Source: Eledone cirrhosa
Lineage: Eukaryota
Direction of reading: 5' to 3'
Assembly (NCBI GenBank): GCA_964016885.1
Contig: OZ024749.1
Coordinates: forward strand, 17,360,001 to 17,424,000
Length of the DNA stretch: 64,000 bases
A program made the position numbers and the translations under genes. The notes under the pieces are model-generated. The model searched no databases. It was not told the origin of the DNA and worked only from the letters and a program-made list of their open reading frames with translations. Below, piece after piece: positions 49,691 through 61,565 of this stretch (the first letter of the stretch is position 1; each line of letters starts with the position of its first letter).

Positions 49691-49807
49691 AAGTATTTCC
49701 GTCGGAAAGGTACAGGAAAAAAGAGTGCTCTATGTAGGCTACATAGCTTATTACTGTAGCCTACATAGAGCACTCTTTGTTCCTGTACCTTTCCAACGGA
49801 AATACTT
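49691..49807. repeat. Hairpin with arms of about 53 bp; a single-arm copy lies at 60710-60762
   Basis: AAGTATTTCCGTCGGAAAGGTACAGGAAAAAAGAGTGCTCTATGTAGGCTACA mirrored after an 11-nt loop with two mismatches. Confidence 0.85.
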
Positions 49808-49858
49808 CATTGCGTGAATAAAAATAAATAATTTAAAATTGACTTCTTCTCAAAGTTG

Positions 49859-50627
49859 CACTTCCGGTTTATCATTGCCACCACCACCACCACTTCCACT
49901 ACCATATATATAGAAAGAGAGGGTGTAATGTCAACACTTCCGGTTTATCATTGCCACCACCACTTCCACTACCATATATATAGAAAGAGAGAGTGTAATG
50001 TCAACACTTCCGGTATATCATTGCCACAACCACCACCACCACTACCATATATATAGAAAGAGAGAGTGTGATGTCAACACTTCTGGTTTATCATTGCCAC
50101 CACCACCACCACCACTTCCACTACCATATATATAGAAAGAGAGAGTGTAATGTCAACACTTCCGGTTTATCATTACCACCACCACTTCAACTACCATATA
50201 TATAGAAAGAGAGAGTGTGATGTCAACACTTCTGGTTTATCATTGCCACCACCACCACCACTTCCACTACCATATATATAGAAAGAGAGAGTGTGATGTC
50301 AACACTTCTGGTTTATCATTGCCACCACCACCACCACTTCCACTACCATATATATAGAAAGAGAGAGTGTGATGTCAACACTTCCGGTTTATCATTGCCA
50401 CCACCACCACCACCACTTCCACTACCATATATATAGAAAGAGAGAGTGTGATGTCAACACTTCCGGTATATCGTTGCCACCACCACCACCACCACCACTT
50501 CTACTACCATATACATAGAAAGAAAGAGTGTGATGTCAACACTTCCGGTATATCATTGCCACCACCACCACCACTTCAACTACCATATATATAGAAATAG
50601 AGAGTGTGTGATGTCAACACTTCCGGT
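49859..50627 (+). repeat. Minisatellite, 10 units of 70-82 bp with a variable (CAC)n core
   Basis: CACTTC(C/T)GGT starts at 49859, 49935, 50005, 50078, 50157, 50227, 50303, 50379, 50458, 50540 and 50618. Confidence 0.95.
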
Positions 50628-52189
50628 GGCAATCACTTAAATAAACATACTAATTTTCTGTCACTAATTTTCTCCTAATGCAGTTTATATATAATCGTCT
50701 TTTTTTAATGTACCATGGATTACGTTACTGATTAAATAAGAGATTGTAACATAGTCTTCGTTCAATTTCTATGTATTATATATTGTCAATTACGATTTTA
50801 TTTGATGTATCATATCTACATGTATATATACCTGCGTATAATAACAATATACACACTACACATGCTAGCAGAAAATAATAATAATATTAATATATATTGA
50901 TGTCCATTTATTATGATGAAATATGTTGGAAATCATTCTCAGAGGTTTTGTATTGTAATTACACCCTGTAGAAAGTACCCCTTCATATTATTTGTCATTA
51001 AGGGCTCTTACAGAGACACAATCTCATTTCATTGTTGAGACTGGTGGATTGGCCGAATCAGTAGAGTGTCAGGCGATGTGTCATATAGTTACATCCCTTT
51101 ACATTCTGTGTTAAAATCCTACTGAGGTTAGCTTTACTCTTCTTCCTCACAGGTTCAGTAAAATAAAGTACCAGTAATCCACTGGCGTTGATTTAATCAA
51201 CTTTCTCCTTCCCCTACAATTACTGGCCTTGAGTTAAAAGTAGAAACATTTATTTAAAGTCTATAAAACAATGGATGGAATGCTTTCTGCCATATTTGTT
51301 CTAGTTCTCTGCTCTGGGTTTAAATCCTGCTGAGGTCAACTTTGCCTTTCATCCATTCAAGGTTGATAACAAAAAAGTACCAGTCTACCACAGGGGTCTG
51401 TTCTTCCTCTCTATATTTCTATCTCGCTTCCTCTCTCTCATTCTCTCTCCTTCTCTGGAAGTAATCAACTGTTCAAACCTGGAGAGTGAAGGGCTCCATC
51501 AAGCTTCAAATGTCCACAGTAACACCCTTATGACTACATCATTAAAAAACAAAACAAAAGAATTATGTGTTTATTTTGTAAACCTTAACTGGTTTATTTT
51601 TATGACAAAATATCCACATTTATGTGTAAATAAAAACAATTCTATAACTTTAATATTTGTTGGATGGTACTTTCATGACAGTTGAAATTATGACTTTTTT
51701 TTAAATAATTCACATTTGAAAATACTTTACAACTTTCTTCTCTTTTTCTTCAGCCATTTATTTCTGAGAGGGTTGTAGGGGTAGAGTCCTCACACACCCC
51801 TTCTAGGTCCTATGTGTGTAAAATTTCCTCTTTACAACAACACATCACTCTGCACACACACACATACACACACCACATCAAAACACCACAATACACACCC
51901 CATTCCACACAACAGACACGTCATACCACACCACACACCACACCACACCACACCACAACACAACACATACAAACTAGGTAGTTATACCAACCCAGTATCT
52001 TGGTTTTAGTGATATTTTTGTAACAAATCTCAACATCCCAGACCTTAGCAAGTGGAGTGGAACTCATCAGATTGGACATTAAATGATAAGCTGTGATATC
52101 TTTGGTGTCAACCTGTTTCAGCCATTCCTTTGGACAACAATGTATAGATATATAGAAATCATATATATATATGTATGTGTGTGTGTATT

Positions 52190-55100
52190 CTAGAGACTAG
52201 GTGCAGGGGTGGGTCTGCTAGATTCATTGTGGGTAAAAAACGATGCTATAAACTTTTCTGGATGGGAAATGACAAAGGGCTGGGTGGTGTAGGAATTATG
52301 TTAGCAGAGAAATGGGTAGATAAGGTAATTGCCATAAATAGAGTGAACGACAGAATAATTAAAATAAGACTTGTTCTAAATAGAACAACTGTGACAATAA
52401 TATCCACTTATACACCCCAATCTGGTCTACCTTATGTTATGAAAGACAGGTTCTATGATTTGCTAATGCTCACTTCCTCCCAAATAACAGACAGTGACTG
52501 TGGTGTGGTGTGTGGTGTGGTATGACGTGTCTGTTGTGTGGGATGGGGTGTGTATTGTGGTGTTTTGATGTGGTGTGTGTATGTGTGTGTGTGCAGAGTG
52601 ATGTGTTGTTGTAAAGAGGAAATTTTACACACATAGGACCTAGAAGGGGTGTGTGAAGACTCTACCCCTACAACCCTCTCAGAAATAAATGGCTGAAGAA
52701 AAAGAGAAGAAAGTTGTAAAGTATTTTCAAATTATTGCTGGTGACCTAAATAGTCACATTAGACAACATAGTGATGGCTATGATGTAATCCATGGAGGCT
52801 ATGGGTTTGGTACTAGAAATGAGGAAGGCTCCAGAATCCTGGAATTTTGTGACGCTAATAACCTAACTATCTGTAACACAAACTTCAAAAAACTAGACAA
52901 TGACTTGGTCACCTGTAGATCAGGGGAACAGGCCAGCCAGATAGATTATTTCCTTACTAGAAGGTGTGACAGTGTCTGTTGTAAACACTAAGTCCCTCCC
53001 CCGTGAAGAATTCACCTCCCAACATAGCCTAGTAGTTAGTGACCTCATAGTGAGGACTAGATGTACTCGACGACAGAGGAGGAATACCTTAAGGAGAAGA
53101 TGGAAGTTGAAGGACCCCACAGCCAGTGACAAATTTAAAAGCATATTAGTTAATGCTTTTGACAGTAAAGAGCTGGAATTAGAGATGTACAATATAGAGG
53201 AACAGTAGGGTTCTTGAAAGTTAACCTGCTGAAGGCGACAGATGAAATCTGTTGCTGGAGCTGAACTATAGGCAGGAGGAGAGTAACTTGGAGGTGGAGG
53301 AGACAATCAGGCTTGGAAAGTATTGTGGGATGGGGAAAGTAGAGAACACTATTAGGTGGCTAGGAGGCAAGAAGGGAAGCAGAGAATAGAAAGTTCAAGC
53401 ATGTTCTACAACGTGAGGTTTTCAGGATCGCAAAACAAAGTGTCAAGGAAAACCGTGATATTGTTAGGTAGAAGTGTGTCCATAATGATGATGGTGTACT
53501 TGCCCTCACTGATACTGATAAGAAGGTAGCTTGGAAGTGTCACTACGAGAGACTACTAACTGAGGAGAATAAATGGGAAAAAGATAGTCTGCCCTAAATC
53601 GATCCAATAGAGGGACCAGCGGTGCAAGTTAATGGTAGTATAGTAAGTAAGACAATCAAAGATATGAAGACGTGCAAGGCAGCTGGGACTTTGGAGATAG
53701 TTGTTGAGATGTTGAAAGCATCTTGAATGGTGGAACATACTATGGACACCCAGATAGTAAACCAAGTAATACAGAATGGGGTCATACCAGGTGACTGGCA
53801 TAGAAGCATCATCATTAACTGCTACAAGGGTAAAGGAGATGCCCTAGATATGGGAAACTATAGAGGCATTAAGTTAGTTGACCAGGTCATGAAGGTCACA
53901 GAAAGAGTTATAGCACAACTAATCAGAGACCAAATTGATCTAGATGAAATGCAGTTTGGGTTCATGCCAGGTAAAAAGTACCACAGATGCTTTTTTCCTT
54001 ACAGGAGAAGTAGCTAGCTAAAGGTAAACCCCTTATACTTAGCTTTTTTTGAATTGGAGAAAGCCTTTGACAGAGTCCCCCGCTCCATTATCTGGAGGGC
54101 CCTTAGAAATGTAGGAGTAGATGAATGGCTTGTGAGAGCTATACAAGCCATGTATAAAGAAACAGTCGGTAAGGTTAGAATTAACAATGAATATAGTGAA
54201 GAATTTAGCGTAAAAGTAGGTGTTCAGCAAGGCCCCATCCTTAGCTTCCTCCTGTTTATTATTGCCCTTCAGGCTATAGCTGAGGGGTTTAAGACCAGCT
54301 GCTCATGGGAACCTCTATATGCAGATGATCTAACTCTCCTAGCCGAATCTATGGCTGAACTACAGAACAAATTCCAAAAATGGAGACATGGCCTTAAATC
54401 AAAAGGCCCTAAAGTTAACTTGTCTAAGACTAAAGGTCTAGTATGTAGAAAAGAAAATAGGGCACTGGTGCCATGCTCAGTGTGTAGGAAATGAGTAGGA
54501 AGAAATTCCATTCTATGTCCCAAATGCAAACTATGGGTACATAAAAGATGTAGTGAGATCACAGTTAAGCTATCTAAGAATCTAGATTTTATATGTGGCC
54601 GATGCTCATGTGAAATAAACAGCAAGTACCTACAGGATACTAGCACCTTCTACTGCCCAGATGGTTCTATAGAAATACTGGACACTTTCCGTTGCCTGGG
54701 TGACTAAATCAGCAGTGGTGGAGGGTGCTCTGAAAGTGTAGTAGCCAGAGTTAGAACGGGAGGGGAAAAGCCCAGAGAGCTAATACCGGTGCTAGACACA
54801 AAAAGTTTCTCTAAAAGTGAAAGTCAGATTGTAAGATGCCTGCATATGAACAGCAATGTTATATGGCAGTGAGACATGGGCATTGTGTGCAGAGGACCTG
54901 CACAGATTGGAAAGGAATGAGGCATGCATGCCCCGTTGGACGTGTAATTGTAATATACACGAACGGCAAGACATAAACGAACTAAGTGAGAATTAGGAAT
55001 AAGAGGGATCAGATGCTGTTTACTTGAGAGAAGATTACATTGGTATGGTCACGTGATGCGCATGAAAGACGACAGCTGTATAAAAAAGTGCAGGGTGATC

Positions 55101-55608
55101 AAAATTGATGGAAGTTATGGAGTAGGTAGACCCAGAAATACCTGGGATGACATAAAATCCAACCTTACACACTTACACCTCTCTTAGACAATGTCATTGG
55201 ATCGAGATCTTTGGCACCACACAGTAACAGAGAAGACCTGCCTTCCCTATGTGCAAAGTTAACCTACAGTCAGTAATCCCCTCCTAACCAAATATACACC
55301 CAACCCACACACCCTACTCCATCCTCCTACTCCCACCAGCACCACCCTGTCTCTGTAAAGTTATGTTGGTACTACAACATTCAGTCCAAACAAAAGAGGT
55401 AGTGAAGGTGTCATCACGAAAAGACTCCCAGTCCACACTGGAAATGGGGTTGGTGTTAGGAAGGGCATCCAGCCATAGAAAACCTGTCAGATACAGTCCT
55501 ATACGAGTGAGACATGGTCACCCGATCAATCCTGCCTCAAGTGGGACAATTCCCGGCTAACCCATGCTAGCATGGAAGATAGACGTTAAATGATAACGAT
55601 GATGATGA
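52190..55608 (+). mobile_element. Near full-length decayed RTE LINE
   Basis: APE (ETRCRGG, AGDLNSH, SQIDYFL), RT (EKAFDRVP, GVQQG, LYADDL), 3' UTR and (GAT)n. Absent at the paralogous site near 6800-6830. Confidence 0.92.
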
Positions 55609-56319
55609 TATATAGTGTATATAATAGTTGTAATGTCACTGGTGCTGATCTATATCAGCCTTTCCCTTGGACAACATGACATATAGTCTATATATATTGG
55701 ACAATATTATATATAGTGTATATGTGGTGTATATAGTAGTTGTGACAATATTCTATATACATATGTACACACACACTGACAAACATGTATATACATATAA
55801 AAGGGTCGGATGAGGAGTTCATAGGTTGACCAAGTTACTCTCATGGAATGAGACAATGTATACACACAAATATACTATATATATGTATACAAACACATAT
55901 ATATTGTATAGTGAAGTCATACAACATATGGTAATATCATCTTTTCAATTCTCAGCTTTGGAGGTACATTGTGTCCTTAAGCAAGACACATCATTCCACA
56001 TGTCTCTAATCTCCACAGCTGAAAAAGACAAGTATCAGAATTAGTTGGAGGTTTAGCATGGGTTAGATCATTCCCTGCCTCCAACATTTTCACTGAGGCC
56101 ACAAACCCAGGCTTTACTACCTGCAATAGAGAGAAGAGGAAGATAGTTAAATACTGGGGCCTGACGCACCACTTCCTCTTTCTCCCGACACTGCTGATTG
56201 TAGTTGGGGTCTCTGACTATTCTCTGTGGTAACACCTTTGCCATTTTGTCTGTAGGGTGGGGCTGAATCACAGCTCAGACTGAAATATAAAGTCTGTCCC
56301 TCCCCAGTTATTTTCGTTG

Positions 56320-56490
56320 GATTGGCAGTATCGGTAGAGCGTTGGACGCCATGCTTTGTAGCATAGAGTTACCTCCCTTTATGATCTGAATTCAAATCCC
56401 GCCTGGGTTAACTTTTCCTTTCATCCTTATGAGGTCGATAAAATAAAGTACCAGTAATACACTGGCCTAGTGCCTAAAACAGAAACAATT
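56320..56490 (+). mobile_element. tRNA-derived SINE (family of 2565-2747)
   Basis: GGATTGGCAGTATCGGTAGAG...TTCAAATCCCGCC...CTTTCATCCTTATGAGGTCGATAAAATAAAGTACCAGT. Confidence 0.8.
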
Positions 56491-56801
56491 ATTTTCGTTG
56501 TTTGTTTGGTTTTTTTATTTTCAATTACTTAAATATTTTATTACCTTTAATAATGTGTTTTGGTTTAATATGAACAGTTATATAAAATTAATAATGTTAT
56601 TTATTCAAATCTGAATAAAGTACGTATGAATCTAAACTATAATAAACGTATGAATTTAAACTATAATAAAAGGAGAAGCGCGGGACTGCGTACGGTTTAT
56701 AATTTTTTATTCCCATTAGTAAAATAAGTTGGATTACTTTGAATAAATAATGAATGAATATTATATAATTTATCTACTAAATTTCGTGGCTGTTGATTAA
56801 A

Positions 56802-57449
56802 GGCATACGTCAAAACGGCCGGTCGCAAAAGTGAATCTAATTTTTGACAGTTACGTACGTCATTACTTTCAATTTGGATTGTGAATTTGTTTATTTTTTT
56901 ACAACAGGTCTCAATAGTGAAAGTGAATTTTGTTGATGGTGTTAATTAGTATTGCGTGTACGTGATAATTTTTTTTTATTCTTTTTTTTGTGTATTGTGT
57001 GTACGGAAAATTTTTTTTTAAATAATGACATTGTGTGTTGAAAGAAATAAATATTGAAAATCCTTATTTAAATAATGACATTGTGTGTTAAAATAAATAA
57101 ATATTGAAAATCCTTATTACACCCTATAAATAGCTGAAATACAATTGATCATCTCGCCAAACTTGTTGACACCAACTCTCTGTCGCCAAAGAAATTAAGG
57201 TAGGGTCATAAGAAGGACAGAGAATGATAAGGGATTTGGGTCAGAGGGGCAGCTTGGGGTCAGAAAGGCAGATTGGCGTCAGAAGGGCTGGGAAAAATTT
57301 TTTTTTTTTTAAACGAAGCACCGAAGGGCTGGAAAAATATCACGTACACGCAATACTAATTAACACCATCAACAAAATTCACTTTCACTATTGGGACCTG
57401 TTGTAAAAAAACAAATTCACAATCCAAATTGAAAGTAATGACGTATGCC
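56802..57449. mobile_element. Non-autonomous DNA transposon with 9-bp TSD (Mutator- or Merlin-like MITE)
   Basis: TTGATTAAA|GGCATACGTCA ... TGACGTATGCC|TTGATTAAA; subterminal inverted repeats of about 110 bp; empty sites at about 2810 and 61230. Confidence 0.88.
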
Positions 57450-57952
57450 TTGATTAAATATATTTTGTTTATTTAAAGATTCACTTTTTTAAAACTTCTG
57501 AAATGTCAACACTTCCGATTGGCCATCGCTTCAATAAACATACTAATTTTCTGTCACTAATTTTCTCCTAATGCAGTTTATATATAATATCGTCTTTTTT
57601 AATGTACCATGGATTACGTTACTGATTAGATAAGACAGTGTAACACAGTCTTCGTTCAATTTCTATGTATTATATATTGTCAATTGCGATTTTATTTGAT
57701 GTATCACATCTACATGTATATATACCTGCGTATAATAACAATATACACACTACACATTTCTCTCTCTTATACTTACCCACTGTATTTCATCTTTTGAAAT
57801 TATTAATTCTTTTGTCGCCTGAACTGTCCCCCAATAACAAGAACCTTAAATTACGAAGACTTATTCGTCTGTTTTATGAGCTGAGGATTTTAGTGTGAAT
57901 AGACTTCTTTCACCTTAACAAAAATAAAAAAAATATACACACACACATATAT

Positions 57953-58283
57953 GACTCACACAGATATCACTCCAGTTCCTCAGTGAATTAACAACCCAAC
58001 AAGGAACTGGGCATATCAGAGTATTGACAATATTATACACCTAAACAACATATGTACTTGTCTATACCATACTAATTCAAACTGCCTGAAGAGGTCACAG
58101 CCAAAGATGGCTGACACTGAAATATATATAGCAGTAATAAACGAAGCTAAATTTTAATCATTTGACTTTTATTTAACTTTATTTTACACTACTCCGGAGT
58201 AACCAAACCAACCTGTGCACTTCGTCGAGTGCTCCAGCCTGCATACTGAGGTGGTGGTATACAACCAACATAAACTCAAAATC
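57953..58283 (+). mobile_element. 331-bp hammerhead-carrying insertion with 17-bp TSD
   Basis: TACACACACACATATAT at 57936-57952 and 58284-58300; paralogous site at about 8020-8050 is empty. Confidence 0.85.
58081..58135 (+). ncRNA. Type I hammerhead ribozyme fold
   Basis: ACTGC-CTGAAGA-GGT.CA.CAGCCA-AAGA-TGGCTG.AC.ACT-GAAA-TATATA-TA-GCAGT: complete core, perfect stem I, palindromic stem III, predicted cleavage after 58130. Confidence 0.85.
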
Positions 58284-58415
58284 TACACACACACATATAT
58301 ATATATAAGCACTTGCTTTTTCTTCTTCTAAGATCAGTCTTACGCTTTCATGCATCTTATCACTTTACCAACTGAATGCTACATTTCTTAATATATGAGT
58401 GGAAGTGGTGAGATT

Positions 58416-59635
58416 CATCATCATCATCATCATCATCGTTTAACATCCATGTTCCACGCTTGGACGGGAGTTTTCCCACTTGAGGCAAGAGTGGTTGTCT
58501 TGCTCACATAGGACTGTCTGGCTGGTTTTCTACAGCTGGATGCCCTTCCTAACACCAACCACATTTACAGTGTGGGACTGGGAGGTTTTTACCGTGTTGC
58601 CTACACGGCCACATTTACAGCGTGGACTGTGTTTTTTATTGTCGTGACACCTACACGATCTCATTTATTTCGGCCTGGATGTTGTGGCACCAACATAACT
58701 TTACATTGAAAGGGGCGGTGTGGATGGGACGGGGGTGTATTTTGTTAGAGATGCCTACTGACTGTAGTAGGTTTTACTTTGTATTTAGGTAAGGCGGGTC
58801 TTCTCTATTACTGAGTACCGCCAAAGATCTCGGTCCAGTGACATTGTCTTGGAGAGGTGTAAGTGTGTGAGGTCGGAATTTATCAGGTCGTCCCAGGTTT
58901 TTCTGGGTCTGCCTACTCCGTGGTTACCGTCTATCTTTATTGCCCTGCACTTTTTTATACAGCTGTCGTCTTTCATGCGCATCACGTGACCATACCAACG
59001 TAGCCTTCTCTCGAGTAAACAACATTTGATCCCTCTTATTTCTAATTTTTCCCTTAGTTCGTTATGCTTTGCCGTTCACGTATATTACTATTACACATCC
59101 AGCGGAGCATGCAAGCTTCGTTCCTCTCTAGTCTGCGTATATCCTCTGCACACAATGCCCAGGTCTCACTGCCATGCAACATTGCTGTTCGTATGCAGGC
59201 ATCATACAGCCTGCCTTTCATTTTTAGGGAGAACCCTTTAGCGGCTAATAGTGGTATAAGCTCTCTGAACTTTTTCCATACAGTTCTGACTCTAGCTACT
59301 GTACTTTCAGAGCACCCTCCCCCACTGCTGATTTTGTCACCCAGGTAACGGAAGCTGTCCACTATTTCTATAGAACCCTCTGCGCAATTGAAAGAGCTAG
59401 TATTTTGTGGGCACTTGCTGCTACTTATTGCACCAGAGCACTGGCCACATGTAAAATCTATGTTCTTAGTTAGCTTACCTGTGATCCCACTACATCTTTA
59501 TGCACCCATACTTTGCATTTGGGACATAAAATGGAGTTTCTACCTACGCCTTTCCTACACACTGAGCATGGCCATTTCCCGGAAGGGACCGGCGCCTTAT
59601 TTTCTTTCCTACAAACTAGAACTTTAGTCTTAGCC
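58416..59635 (-). mobile_element. 5'-truncated RTE LINE inserted 12 bp upstream of the ZNF paralog ATG
   Basis: Splits GGTG.GATT|CCTTTATGAAATATG, which is contiguous at 8151-8174; (ATC)n tail at 58416. Confidence 0.93.
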
Positions 59636-59647
59636 CCTTTATGAAAT

Positions 59648-59899
59648 ATGTTTGAATATAGCTGTGAGATTTGCAGGAAAAATTTCTGTTCAAAACTGAA
59701 ACTATCCTCACACGAGAAAATACACAATGGAGAGAAACACTTCCATTGTGAAATATGTGGGAAATCTTTTTCTAATAGATCTCATCTTGTATGTCACAAA
59801 AGAATACATACTGGTGAAAAACCTTATTCATGTGAAATATGAGGTAAATCTTTCACTCAGAATTCGTCAGTGGTTGTTCACCTACGTAATCAACACTTG
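59648..59899 (+). pseudogene. C2H2 zinc-finger pseudogene, paralog of 8172-8927 with 3 fingers and a premature stop
   Basis: First finger ([22 protein letters not shown]) and last finger (GKSF.QNSS.VVHLRNQH) match the intact gene. TGT to TGA at 59840-59842. Confidence 0.88.
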
Positions 59900-60010
59900 T
59901 GGTAAACCCCATCACTGTGAAATATGAAAAACACAAATATACAGACACACTTTGGAAGGCAGAATATAAAATGTGAAGCTTGAGAAATCTTATACATCTC
60001 AACATATATG

Positions 60011-60046
<36 letters not shown>

Positions 60047-60107
60047 TAGAAAGTGAGGTTTTTTTTACAAAATGAAAAATAACCGAGGTGTCCTACACGA
60101 GTGAAAG

Positions 60108-60499
60108 TATAAAGAAAAAGAGATGAAATCGAAAATGCAACTGGAGTCTTATTTTTTTTTTAAATATATATATATTTATCAAAAATTTAATGAAAATTTG
60201 TTCACGTGACAGCCATAAATTCCATTTATAACCAACCCCAAAAAAGCCTTCGTGAGCCTCCCCTCTTCAAGTAAAAAGAATTTCAAACACTCATATATGA
60301 AAAAAGGTTGTTTTTTCATATATGAGTGTTTGAATTTCTTTTTACTTGAAAAGAGGGGCTCACGAAGGCTTTTTTTTGGTTGGTTATAAATGGAATTATG
60401 GCTGTCACGTGAACAAATTTTCATTAAACTTTTGATAAATATATATATATTTTTAAAAAAAATAAGACTCCAGTTGCATTTTCGATTTCATCTCTTTTT

Positions 60500-60506
<7 letters not shown>
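60108..60506. repeat. Near-perfect palindrome of about 400 bp (foldback or MITE) in (TA)n
   Basis: Arms of about 197 bp around GGTTG at 60306-60310; absent at the paralogous site near 9050-9065. Confidence 0.9.
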
Positions 60507-60543
<37 letters not shown>

Positions 60544-61565
60544 ATTTTTATTTTTTAATACATCACTCAAATACTTAATACATATTCAATTATAATATAT
60601 GGCTTGGAAAAATCTATTTCCTAGAGAAGAGACTAATTTGAGTTTCTAACTCAATATATACCTTTTATATATATATATATATATATAGATTACATAACTA
60701 TTAAGCTCTGTTACCTACATAGAGCACTCTTTTTTCCTGGACTTTTCCGACGGAATTACTTCACATATATATATATATATTATTATTTTTATTTTTTAAT
60801 ACATTACTCAAAGGGAAAAAATATACTGACATATATCAAAGATTACCATAATAACTAGGGAGCGGAGGACAAGATATGCTGCACATTTCTACTGAGGATA
60901 GGATGAGCTGGCTATTGTGGTGGATACCTAAACATTGTAAGATCCTAGTGCGATGACCGAGATTGACCTATATAGATCAGATGTCTCAGGATGTCCAGCT
61001 GGAGTTTAATGATCTCAGGAATGCCATGGACGATCGTGACATCTAAAAAAGAAGAGTAGAATTGTTCTGGCCAATCCACCTGACCTAATAATTCTAAACT
61101 ATAATAAAGTAAGGAGCGCGGGACTGCGTACGGTTTATAATTTTGTATCCCATTAGTAAAATAAGTTGGATTACTTTGAATAAATAATGAATGAATATTA
61201 CATAATTTATCTACTAAATTTCGTGGCTGTTGATTAAATATATTTTGTTTATTTAAAGATTCACTTCTTTAAAATTCCTGAAATGTCAACACTTCCGGTT
61301 GGCCTTCGCCTAAATAAACATTCATATATTTCCGTCACTAATTTCCTCCTAATGCAGTTTATATAATATCGTCTTTTTTTAATGTATCATGGATTACGTT
61401 ACTGATTAAATAAGAGAGTGTAACACAGTCTTTGTTCAATTTCTATGTATTATATATTGTCAATTATGATTTTATTTGATGTATCATATCTACATGTATA
61501 TATATACTTGTGTATAATATCAATATACACACTACACATGCTAGCAGAAAATAATAATCATATTA

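Larger units (their letters stand above)
50610..61560 (+). repeat. Zinc-finger gene duplication unit B and the start of a following unit
   Basis: Collinear with 2860-9510 after removing insertions. 61010-61560 restarts the 2383-3125 sequence, and 56620-57755 is an extra internal copy of the same block. Confidence 0.85.

Noticed and set aside
49859-50627. Regularly spaced repeats that could suggest a CRISPR array
   Set aside because: No unique spacers; whole units are repeated, the context is eukaryotic and there are no cas genes.
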